Below are positions 9,311 to 19,053 of a DNA stretch of 64,000 nucleotides, in pieces. Within the stretch, counting starts at the first letter, position 1. Each line of letters begins with the position of its first letter. The notes under the pieces were generated by a model. The model searched no databases, was not told where the DNA came from, and saw nothing but the letters and a program-made list of their open reading frames with translations. A program made the position numbers and the translations under genes. Source of the stretch: Candidatus Eiseniibacteriota bacterium (GTDB lineage: Bacteria; Eisenbacteria; RBG-16-71-46); contig CAVQXP010000004.1 in the NCBI GenBank assembly GCA_963717935.1, positions 1,344,001-1,408,000 on the forward strand, written 5' to 3'.

Positions 9311-10114
9311 CCCGCCTCTTCGACGCCCTCAGCAAGGCCCGGTCGGCTGCGCCGACCCGCGGTCACGCGGGTCCGCCGGCGCAGCTCGCGATCGCCGCCG
9401 TCCCGCCGGTCCCGATGAAGACGGCCCGCCCTGCGATGGAGCACGCCGCCCCGCCGGGCGACGAAGCTCGCCGCCGGATCGTGGCTTTCGACGGGTCTCC
9501 GGAACTTCCGACCGACGTGCGGAGCGAGATGACCGGCCTGCGGATCAGCCTCGAGGCCGCCCTCACGCAGCGCATCCCGCGCATCGTGATGTTCCTCGCC
9601 TCGCAGGGCGGCGAAGGCACTTCCACGGTGGCCGCGCAGTTCGCCCAGTCGCTGGCGGGCGACGAGCGCCTGAGGGTCCTGCTGGTGGACGCGCATGCCC
9701 GGCGTCCCGCCTATCTCGCCCGACGGTTCGCCCGCGGTGGCGCGCCCGGCGCGCGCCAAATCGCGCCGGGAGACGCAGTCCGGAGTCCGGAGCCCGGACC
9801 TGCTGCCCCTCCCGGAGGGCGCGTTCGAGGCGAGCACCCTCACCCCGGTTTCACTGCGCGAGTCGCTCGACGCGATCGCCAGTGGCTACGACTGGATCGT
9901 GATCGACGGGCCCCCGGTGCTGGAGTCGCCCGACGCGGCCACGCTCGGGGCGGTGGCCGACGGGGTCGTCGTCGTGGTGCAGGCGGGGCGCACCAAGCGG
10001 CCCGTGCTGACGCGTTCCGTGGACCTGGTGGGCCGGGCCGGCGGACGCGTGCTCGGGATCGTGCTCAATCGCCGCCGTCTGGAGATCCCGGGATTCATCT
10101 ACCGGCGGATCTGA
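9307..10114 (+). CDS. CpsD/CapB-family BY-kinase-like P-loop protein (frameshift near 9710)
   Basis: ASQGGEGTSTVA (Walker A variant), VLLVDAH (Walker A'), YDWIVIDGPPV (Walker B), DGVVVVVQAGRT, LGIVLN. Confidence 0.85.
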
Positions 10115-10130
10115 TCCGCCAGCCACCGCG

Positions 10131-11341
10131 GTGAGCGACCCCCGACTCGTGCCCGAGGAGCCTGTGCCGCCCGCAACGCGATCCCCTGGCTCCCGCGCGT
10201 CGGCCCGCCTGTCCGCCCCGCTCGCGCTCGCGAGTGCGTGGGCGGGAGACGCCCTCGCGCTCATCGTAGGAGGGAGCCACGCCACCGGATCGGGGGTGTG
10301 GGTTGCGCTCGGAGGCCGCGAACTCTGCCTCTCCGACCTGGATGTCTATGCCGTGGTCCGGGATCGCGCCGCCCAGCGCGCGGCGGAGACCCGCGCCCGT
10401 GCCGACCGCCCCGGGCTGCGCGGGCGGTTGCTGGCCTGGGGGCTCGCAGCCCCGCTCGAGGTGGCCTTCCTCGTCCCCGCGGACCTCGCGCGCCTGCCGG
10501 CGCGTCCCGCCACGCTCGAGTTGGCGCGCCACGGGCTCGTCATCGCGGGTGACCCGGCCTGGCGCGACCGCGTCCAGCGCTGGGAGCCGGGGGACGTGAG
10601 CCGCGAGGAGATCCTGCTGCTGCACGAGAACCGCGCTTTCGAGCTGTTGCTCGCCTGGCCGTCGCTCGCCGCTCGCGATCCGCTGGCGCGCCTGCAGGCG
10701 CGCCACGCCGTGCTCAAGTGCGCGCTCGACGTGGTGCGGGTCGAGGCGCTCGGCCGGGGCGAGTACCCGATGGACCCCGGGCGCTCGTGGAGTGGGCCGG
10801 CCGGCCAGGGTGCTCCGTTCCGGGCGGGTCCGGGCGGACGGCGTTCCTCGCGTTGCTCGAAACGGCGGTCGCCTGGCGCGCGGGCCAGGTCGGGGAACTC
10901 GATGCCGCCGGGGCGCGGGACGAGTGGCGGACGGCGGTGGCGGCCTGGGTCGCGACGTGGCGGACGTGGGTGGGGCCCTCGTACGGCGACGCTGTCCGCA
11001 GCGCCCGGCGCGCCCGCCTGCGGCGCCGGCTGCGCCGCGCACTCTCCTGGCCCACGCGCAGCGGCTTCGGTCCTCCGCTCGGCGGGCGGTTGCGCCATGC
11101 GCTGTGTGGCACGCCCCAGCACCGGGCGAACGCCTCGGCCGCGGTCCTGCTCCTGGCCGCGACGGAGGAAGGCTGGAGCGGGGCGGACCCGCCGTTGCCC
11201 GGGCGCGCGAAGCGCTCGCTCGCGGCGCTCGGCGTGGCGCCGGCCGCGGCGCTCGCGGATTGGGCCGCCGCGGCGCGCGCCGTGGTCGGTGCGTGGGACT
11301 GCTGGGTGCTCGACGGCCAGCGCACCGCGGAGCCCGCGTGA
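10131..11341 (+). CDS. Putative nucleotidyltransferase-fold (Pol beta superfamily) protein, frameshift near 10775
   Basis: ALIVGGSHATGSG...LSDLDVYAVV matches hG[GS]..DhD motif; helical C-terminus continues in ORF 10718..11341; stop overlaps next start (GTGA). Confidence 0.6.
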
Positions 11342-12489
11342 GACGGCGCCTGGCCGTGCTGCTCGTGGACGCGCTCGGCTGGGAACTGGCGGCGCGCACG
11401 CCCGGCTTCGCCGCCGAGCTGCCGCACCGGCGCCGGATCGAGACCATCCTGGGCTTCAGCTCCGGCGCGCTGCCGACGCTGTTCAGCGGACGGCTGCCGG
11501 CCGAGCACGGGCGCTGGCTCATGTACCGGCGCGCGGGGAGTGCCGGCACGCCCTTCCGCGGCTTCCGCTGGCTCGGGATGCTGCCACCGAGGCTGCGGCG
11601 AAGCTGGAAGCTCTCGGTGCTGCTCACCCGGCTCGTCGCGCGGCGCGGCGTGCGCGGCTACTTCAGCCTCTACCAGGTCCCCCGCGAGCTGCTCGAGGAG
11701 TTCGATCTGGCCGAGCGCGACGACATCTTCACCCCGGGTGGTCTGCCCGGGGACTCGCTGTGGGACGCGGTGGCACGCGCCGGCATCCGCTCGCAAGGCT
11801 GGAACTGGCGCACGCCCGAGCCCGAGGCCCTGGACGCGATGGAACGCGCGCTCGAGCGCGGACCCGAGGACTTCCTGTTCTGCTACACTGCCGGGCTCGA
11901 CGCGGCGCTGCACCGTGAGGGGTCGGGTGGTACGGACGTGCGCGAGCGGCTGGCGCGCTACGACGCCTGGCTCACGCGCAACGTCCATGCAGCCCGGCGG
12001 CGCGGCGAGGAGTTGCGGCTCGTGCTGCTCTCCGACCATGGCATGTTGGACGTGCGCGACACCGTGGACGTGATGGGCGCGCTGGCGGGCCTTTCCTGCC
12101 GCTGGCCACGGGACTATGTGCCATTCTTCGACTCGACCTTCGCTCGCTTCTGGTGGCGGTCCGCTGCGGCGCGCGGGGAAGTGCGAGCCGCGCTGGAGGG
12201 CGTGCGCGGCGGCCACTGGCTCGAGGATGACGAGCTCGAGCGAGCCGGCGCGCTCTTCCCGGCGCGCGAATACGGGGAGGACATCTACCTGCTCGACCCT
12301 GGAGTGCTGATGGTGCCATCCTTCATGGGCTCGCGCCCGCTCGCCGCCATGCATGGCTACGATGCGGCGCATCCGGAGATGGCCGCCCTGCTCGCTGCGA
12401 GCCATCCCGTGCCCGCGGGTGTGCGCCACCTGAAGGACGTCCGCGGTTACCTCGAGGACGGGCTGGCCTGGCTGGCGGAGGCCCGGTGA
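11338..12489 (+). CDS. Alkaline phosphatase superfamily protein (type I phosphodiesterase / nucleotide pyrophosphatase)
   Basis: LLVDALG, GFSSGALPTLFSG, LDAALHREG, LSDHGM, AMHGY metal-binding motifs. Confidence 0.85.
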   Translation: MRRRLAVLLVDALGWELAARTPGFAAELPHRRRIETILGFSSGALPTLFSGRLPAEHGRWLMYRRAGSAGTPFRGFRWLGMLPPRLRRSWKLSVLLTRLVARRGVRGYFSLYQVPRELLEEFDLAERDDIFTPGGLPGDSLWDAVARAGIRSQGWNWRTPEPEALDAMERALERGPEDFLFCYTAGLDAALHREGSGGTDVRERLARYDAWLTRNVHAARRRGEELRLVLLSDHGMLDVRDTVDVMGALAGLSCRWPRDYVPFFDSTFARFWWRSAAARGEVRAALEGVRGGHWLEDDELERAGALFPAREYGEDIYLLDPGVLMVPSFMGSRPLAAMHGYDAAHPEMAALLAASHPVPAGVRHLKDVRGYLEDGLAWLAEAR

Positions 12490-14069
12490 GGCCCGGCGAG
12501 GTCGCCCATTCCGTCTCGCGCGGCGCCTTCTGGCTCGTCCCTGGAGAAGGTGGCGGCGCTGCTCTCGAGCGTGGCCTACTCGGTGCTGTTGCTGCGCTGG
12601 CTGGGGCCCAGGCAGTTCGGGATCATGACGCTCGCTCTGGCCTGCGTGGGGTTCGCCACGGCGGCGACCGGCAACTTCGAGATGTTCCTCGAGCGCTACG
12701 CCGCCGAGTACGGGGCGCGCGGTCTGATGCCGCACCCTGCGCCGCGCCCACCTCCTCGCGCTGGGCATCAAGCTCGGGCTCGGGCTCGTCGTGAGCGCGG
12801 TGCTGCTGGCCCTCACTCCGTGGCTCGCCCGCTTCTTCGCCGTCCCCCAGTTGCTCGTGCTCGTGCCGCTCCTCACGGCGATGGTGGCCTTCGACGGGTT
12901 CTCCACCACGGGCCGGGCCACGCTCTACGGGACGCAGGAGTTCCGCTGGCTCTCGCTGCTGGCCGTCGTCTTCCACGTCGTCAAGATCATCCTGGTGGCC
13001 ATGCTGTGGTGGGGCCGCCACGGTCTTACCGCGCTGGCGCTCGGGCTTTCGGTGCTGACCGTGGCCCTGGCTCTGGCGCAGACCGCGGTGCCGCTGTGGA
13101 TCACGCGTCACGCCCGGGACCGCGAGCCGCCGGCTCCCGAGCGCTCCTGGCGCGGGCTGTTCCGCAGCATGCTCGGCTATTGCGTGCCCCTGCTCGGCGC
13201 GCGCATCACCTTCATGTCGGGGCAGAACCTGAGCACGATCGTCCTGGGGAAGCTGTTCAGCCCCGGGCTCCTGGGCTACTTCAAGTTCGCGTTCCAGACC
13301 ATCGAGCGCTTCAACGACCTGGTGAACGCGGTGCCGTCCTCGCTCCTGCCCTCGCTCACCCGTCTCGTCGCGCAAGGGGAGCGAGAGCGGCTGCGCCTGG
13401 TCTTCGACCAGGCCCTGCGTCTCATCCAGGCGCTGGCCTGCGCTGCTCTCCTTCGGTTTGTTCGTCTTCGCCCGCGAGCTGACGCTGCTCATCGGCGGCT
13501 GGTCGTTCGAGCCGGCCGTCCCCCTGCTGCGCGTGCTGGCCCTGGTGCCCATGGCCCGCACGGCCCAGCAGCCGCTCACCATGCTGTTCCAGTCGCTGCG
13601 GCGTCCCGGCACCGTGCTGGCTCTGTCCGTGGTCAAGTTCATGACCGAATTCGGCGCCTACTTCCTGCTGGTGATCCCGCTGGGCGTCATCGGCGCGGCC
13701 TGGGCCAACCTGGCCGGCGCCACGGCATCCTACGTCGTGGCGATGGTGCTGCTGGGGCGCATCATGCCGGCGGGCGCGCGGAAACGAGTGCGTGCCGGTC
13801 TCACCCCGCTGGTCCTGCTGCTGCCGTTGCTGGCCATCACCCTGCTGGGAGAGTTGCGCTTCCATGGCGTGCCCCGGATCCTCTTCCACCTCGCACTGGT
13901 GCCGCCCGCAGGAGTGGGGATGTTCGCGCTGGGGTTGGTGCGCCGGGAGGATCTCGAGAAACTGGCGGACGTGCCGCTGGAGCGGCCCTGGACGCGGGTG
14001 GTGCGCGGGAGCCTGCTGCTCACGCTCAGCTTCTTCGCCCGCCTGGCCGGAGTGCGGAGGGCCGCGTGA
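12486..14069 (+). CDS. wzx: Wzx-type oligosaccharide flippase (frameshifts near 12540, 12735, 13445)
   Basis: VSRGAFWL..., RWLGPRQFG, multiple TM helices, LGYFKFAF, SLLPSLTRL; pieced from four frames. Confidence 0.8.
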
Positions 14070-14776
14070 ACGGGCTGCGGGTGCTGGTGATCATCCCGGC
14101 GCACGATGAGCAGGAGAGCCTGCCGCGCACGCTCGACGAGCTGCGCGCGGTCGTGCCGGGGGTGGACCTGCTGGTGGTGGACGACGGCTCCCGTGACGCC
14201 ACCGCCGGGGTGGCGCGCGCGCGCGGCGTGCGCGTGCTCCGCCACGTCTTCAACCAGGGCGTGGGCGCGGCGCTGCAGACCGGGTTCCGCTGGGCCGTCG
14301 AGCACGGCTACGACGTGGGCGTGCAGCTCGACGCGGACGGCCAGCACGACCCCGCCTACCTGGCGGTGCTGCTCGAGCCGGTGTGCGCCGATCGCTGCGA
14401 TGTGAGCATCGGTTCGCGCTACGTCCAGCGTTCCGGCTACCAGGCCCCGGCCGCGCGCCGCATCGGCATGGCGCTGTTCTCCAGCCTGGTGAGCGTGGTG
14501 CTGCGCACCCGGATCACCGACACGACCTCCGGCTTCCGCGCCTACGCGCGGAGGGTCATGGAGCTCTGCCAGCACGACTTCCCGCGGGACTTCCCGGATG
14601 CGCCCCTGCTCATCACGCTCGGGCGTCGTGGCTTCCGCATGGAGGAGGTGCCGGTCGAGATGCGCGAGCGCCGGGCCGGGCGGTCCTTCTACACGTTCGG
14701 CACGTCCTTGTACTACCCCTACAAGAACCTGCTGGCCTCGCTGATGGCGCTGCTCCAGCGGCCAGCGCAGCCCTGA
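14066..14776 (+). CDS. GT2 glycosyltransferase, DPM/polyprenol-phosphate glycosyltransferase-like
   Basis: VIIPAHDE, VVDDGSRD, NQGVGAALQTG, QLDADGQH, DTTSGFRA. Confidence 0.9.
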   Translation: MNGLRVLVIIPAHDEQESLPRTLDELRAVVPGVDLLVVDDGSRDATAGVARARGVRVLRHVFNQGVGAALQTGFRWAVEHGYDVGVQLDADGQHDPAYLAVLLEPVCADRCDVSIGSRYVQRSGYQAPAARRIGMALFSSLVSVVLRTRITDTTSGFRAYARRVMELCQHDFPRDFPDAPLLITLGRRGFRMEEVPVEMRERRAGRSFYTFGTSLYYPYKNLLASLMALLQRPAQP

Positions 14777-14786
14777 GGGCCATTCC

Positions 14787-15179
14787 ATGATGTTCCTGTC
14801 GAGGACCCAGGTCATCGCCGCGATCGGTGCGGTCCTGCTCGTGCTCTACGTGCTGGACCTGGTGCGGCGCCGCAAGCTGTCCGAGGAGTACTCGCTGCTC
14901 TGGGTGATCTCGACCGTCGTCGTGGCGGCGCTGGGGTTCTCGACGCCACTTCTGGTCTGGGTGAGCCGCAAGCTCGGTATCGTGCAGGAGAACTCGACGG
15001 TGTTCGCCTTCGGGCTCGCGTTCAACCTGGCGATGCTGCTGCACCTCTCGGTCCGGCTCTCGCGGCTGGGCCAGGAGAACCAGGCGCTCTCGCGGGAACT
15101 GGCCCTGCTGCGCCACGAACTCGAGGAGTCGCGCGCGGGCGGTCCGCCGGCGGCCGCGCCGACGGCGGACCGGGCATGA
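14787..15179 (+). CDS. DUF2304-family small membrane protein
   Basis: VRRRKLSEEYSLLW, three TM segments, C-terminal LSRELALL; follows a DPM-like GT2 as usual for this family. Confidence 0.8.
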   Translation: MMFLSRTQVIAAIGAVLLVLYVLDLVRRRKLSEEYSLLWVISTVVVAALGFSTPLLVWVSRKLGIVQENSTVFAFGLAFNLAMLLHLSVRLSRLGQENQALSRELALLRHELEESRAGGPPAAAPTADRA

Positions 15180-16183
15180 AGCGGCCGCTCCAGCTGCTCG
15201 TGGGGGTGGCCATCTCGGTGGCCGCGGTGTGGTTCTCCATGCGGGGGGTGAGCGCCCCGGAGGTCTGGCGGGCGCTGAGGCACTCCAACCTGCTGCTGTT
15301 CGGCGCCGTCATGGCCCTGACGCTGGCCAGCTTCTGGATCCGGGCCCTGCGCTGGCGCTCGCTCCTGTCCGGGGTGCAGCGGCCCTCGCTCCACAGCCTC
15401 TACAGCGCCACCATGATCGGCTTCATGGCCAACAACATGCTGCCCTTCCGGCTGGGCGAGTTCGTGCGGGCCTGGGCGCTGGCGCGCCGCGAGCGCTGCT
15501 CGACCACCATGGTGATGGCGACGGTCGTCGTGGAGCGCGTGGTGGACATGCTCGCGCTGCTCGGCATCCTGGGCGTCACCATCCTGGTGCACCCCATCGA
15601 GCCGGGCAGCAAGGCGGCGGAGTTCACCCACGCGGGCGCCGGCTCGCTCATCGTGCTCACGGTGGGGCTCACGCTCCTGCTCGTCGTGCTCGAGCGCACG
15701 CCCGGGCTGGCGCGCCGCGTGGTCCACCGTCTCTCGGCCCGGCTGCCCGAGCGCCACCGTGGCCGCGCGGTCGCCGCGCTCGACCATTTCGTCGAGGGCC
15801 TGGGGCTGTTCCGCGACCTGCCCCGCCTGCTGTGGGTCTTCCTGCTCTCGTTCGTGCTGTTCTCCTGCTTCGCGGTGGCGCTGCAGCTCAGCATGGAGGC
15901 CTTCGGCATCCACCTGCCGTGGTACGCGGGCTTCACGGTGCTGGTCATCTCCGCGTTCGCCATCATGGCGCCGGCCGCCCCGGGTTACATCGGCACCATG
16001 AACCTGGCGTGCGTGGCCGGGCTCGCGCTCTTCGGGGTGACCAACCGCGAGCTGGCCAACTCCTTCTCGTGGTTCTACTGGGCGGGGCAGTGGCTGCCGG
16101 TCACCGTGGTGGGCCTGTTCTACCTGCGGCGCGAGGGGCTCTCGCTGCGCTCGCTCAACCAGGCCCAGGAAACGAGCTCATGA
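15176..16183 (+). CDS. Lysylphosphatidylglycerol-synthase TM-domain (flippase-like) protein
   Basis: RALRWRSLL, IGFMANNMLPFRLGEFVRA, TVVVERVVD, PAAPGYIGT. Confidence 0.85.
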   Translation: MKRPLQLLVGVAISVAAVWFSMRGVSAPEVWRALRHSNLLLFGAVMALTLASFWIRALRWRSLLSGVQRPSLHSLYSATMIGFMANNMLPFRLGEFVRAWALARRERCSTTMVMATVVVERVVDMLALLGILGVTILVHPIEPGSKAAEFTHAGAGSLIVLTVGLTLLLVVLERTPGLARRVVHRLSARLPERHRGRAVAALDHFVEGLGLFRDLPRLLWVFLLSFVLFSCFAVALQLSMEAFGIHLPWYAGFTVLVISAFAIMAPAAPGYIGTMNLACVAGLALFGVTNRELANSFSWFYWAGQWLPVTVVGLFYLRREGLSLRSLNQAQETSS

Positions 16184-16212
16184 CCCCGCGAGCCGGGCGG
16201 CTCGGCGGCGAT

Positions 16213-17419
16213 TCAGCGCGGGTAGTGCCCGACGACCTTGCGCACCGCGGCGACGACGTCCTCGACGTCGCGCGGCGTCATGTCCGGGAAGAGCGGCAGG
16301 GTGACGGCGCGGCGGTAGGCGTCCTCGGCGACCGGGAAGTCGCCGGCGCGCACGCCCAGCCGGTCCTGGAAGTAGGGATGCAGGTGGATGGGGATGAAGT
16401 GCACCGAGGCGCCGATGTTCTCGGCGCGCAGCTCCTGGATGAAACGCGCGCGGTCGCAGGTGAGCCGCTCCAGCTCCAGCGCGACCGGATAGAGGTGCCA
16501 GGCGTGCACCGACCCCGGCGCGCACCTGCGGCCGGCGCACCTCGGGAACCGCGGCGAGCAGGGAGTCGTAGAGCGCCACGAGCTCCCGGCGCCGCTGCTG
16601 CATGCTCTCGAAGCGCTCCAGCTGCGCCAGGCCGATGGCCGCCAGCACGTCGCTGAGGTTGTACTTGAAGCCCGGGGCGGTCACCTCGTAGTACCAGGAG
16701 CCCGTGTCGCCGTAGCGCTTCCAGGCGTCGCGGTCCATGCCGTGCAGCGAGAGCAGGTTCATGCGCGCGGCCAGCGCGTCGTCGTCGGTGACCGCGGCGC
16801 CGCCCTCGCCGGTGGTGAGGTTCTTCGTGGCGTAGAACGAGAAGGCGGTGACGTCGGAGAGCGAGCCCACCGGCCGGCCGCCCAGCGAGGCCCCCAGCGC
16901 GTGGGCTGCATCCTCGACCACGGGGATGCCGCGTGCGCGGGCCAGCTCGCCGATGGCGTCGAGGTCGCAGGGATGCCCGGCATAGTCCACCGGGAGGAGG
17001 GCGCGGGTCTTCGCGGTGAGCGCGCGCTCGACCGCGCGCGGGTCCAGGCACAGCGTGTCGGGCTCGACGTCCACCAGCACCGGGCGCGCTCCCACGTGCT
17101 CGATGACGTTCACGCAGGCCACGAAGGTGTAGGTCGAGGTGATCACCTCGTCGCCGGGGCCCACTCCGAGTGCGGCGAGCGCAAGGTGCAGGGCGCCCGT
17201 GGCCGAGTTCACCGCGAGGCCGTGGCGCGCTCCCGCGAGGGCCGCCACGCGGTGGCCCAGTTCCACCGTCCGCGGGCCCGTCGTGATCCAGCCGGATTCG
17301 AGCGTCTCGAGCACGAGTTCCTTCTCGCGCGCCCCGATGGAGGGCCGGGAGAAGGGCAGGAACGTGGCGCGCACGGGGGTGCCGCCGCGCGAGGCGAGGG
17401 GATCGGGCACGGGAGTCAC
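16213..17419 (-). CDS. DegT/DnrJ/EryC1/StrS nucleotide-sugar aminotransferase (frameshift near 16515)
   Basis: SGWITTGP, NSATGALHLAL, EDAAHA, FSFYATKNLTTGEGG, GFKYNLSD; C-terminus HAWHLY...SVHFIPIH...TLPLFP in ORF 16213..16509. Confidence 0.9.
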
Positions 17420-17514
17420 GGCCGGCCGGTCGAGGTCGGAGCACAGGTTGGCATCAGGCGTGCGATTCTAGGGCACCACGCGCCCGGGTTCCAACTGCCT
17501 GCTCCGGGATCGCG

Positions 17515-18986
17515 GTGAGCCGGCGCTTCGTCCGGGACACGCTGGGCCTCGCGGTCAGCCAGTACGTGGCGCGCGGGATGCTGCTGGCGCGCGGCGTGCT
17601 GGCCGCGGTCGCCCTGGGGCCCGCGGGCTTCGGCCAGTGGAACGCGCTCAATCTGATCCTCGACTACGGCGGCTACGCCTCGGGTGGCGCCCTGCAGGGA
17701 CTCGACCTGCGGCTGCCCGCGCCGACCGCGCGGGGCGACGCGGGGGAGGCCCGGCGGTTGCTCGCCGGCGCCTGGAGCATGGTGCTCGCAGGCGGGACGC
17801 TGTTCGCGCTGCTGCTCGTCGCCGCGCTCGCGAGCGGACGGCCCACGCTGCTGCGCGGGCTCGGCTGGAGCGCTCCGCTCCTGATGCTCGCGGCCGCACT
17901 GCTCCAGCTCGTGTTGCAGTACCACGGCTCGGCCCTGCGCGCGCGCGGGCGCTTCGGTGCGGTGAGCGGCTCGGCGGCGGCGCAGGCGCTGCTGGGCGGT
18001 GGGCTGGGGCTCGCGCTGGTCTGGCGCTTCGGGATCCATGGACTGCTGTGGGGCTGGCTCGCGGGCACGCTCGTGGCCCTCGTCTGGGTGCGCCTCGCGG
18101 CGCCCGACGTGCCGCTGTGGCCCGGCGCGCCGGCGGAGGGCGCCAGGCTGGTGCGCGGGGGATTCGTGGTCTTCGCCTTCTTCATCGTCTCGCTCGTCCT
18201 GCGCTCCGTGGACCGGCTCGCCCTCATCCACTACGGCACGCCCGCGGATCTCGGCGCCTACAGCCTGGGGCTCATGGCGGCCGGGCTCGTGCTGTACGTG
18301 CCCGAGGCCGCGGCCGCGGTGCTCTATCCGCGCATCGCCGCGGCCGCAGGGGACGCGCGGGGCCTGGAGTGCCGTACGCGGGCAGGTGGTGCGCGCGCAC
18401 CGCGCGCTGGCGGTGTCGCTGCCACTGGCGGTGGCGGTCGCGATGGTGTGGGTGGCGCCGGCGCTGTCGTGGTGGCTGCCGCGCTACCGGGACGCGGCCG
18501 AGGCCGTCCGGTTGCTCGCCCTGGGCGCGCTGCTGCTCTCGGCCTCGACGCTGCCGGGTTACTGGCTGCTGGGCAGCGGTCGCGCGCGGTCCCTGCTCCT
18601 GGCCGGGCTGGCGTGCGCCGTGGTGACCGCCCTGCTGGTCTTCGGGGTCGCGGCCCGCGCGCCCCGGCCGTCGCCGGTGGCCGTCGCCGCGTGCGCCGGC
18701 TACGGCGTCTTCGCGGCGGCGATCGCCACGCTCGCGGCGCGCGATCTGCGCCCCGGGCCGAGGCGGAGGGCTGACCTTCGCGGTGTCGAGCTTCCTGCCC
18801 GCCCTGTGGGCCGCGGCGGCCGCTTTCGCCGCCTGCCGGATCGGGCCGGCGGAGCCGGCCCTCGCCGCGGGGGCGCGCACGGTCGCCGTGGCGCTCGTCT
18901 ACGCGCCCGTGCTGTGGTGGCTGGGGCGTGGCCTCGGTCTGCGCGCGCTCGCCAGCCAGTGGGTCCGCCCGGAGGCGCGCGCATGA
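17515..18986 (+). CDS. wzx: Wzx-type oligosaccharide flippase (frameshifts near 18370 and 18780)
   Basis: LGPAGFGQW, many TM helices, VDRLALIHY, LGAYSLG, VLYPRI. Confidence 0.75.
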
Positions 18987-19053
18987 TCCCGCCGTCCTTC
19001 CCGTGGCCGACCTTGCAGGCGGTGGTCCGGCCGTGCCGTCGGGGACTCGCGCC

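Noticed and set aside
10131..12489. CBASS or MNT-HEPN toxin-antitoxin/defence system
   Set aside because: No Cap effector, E1/E2/JAB or HEPN RxxxxH partner seen; the genes are translationally coupled to wzx
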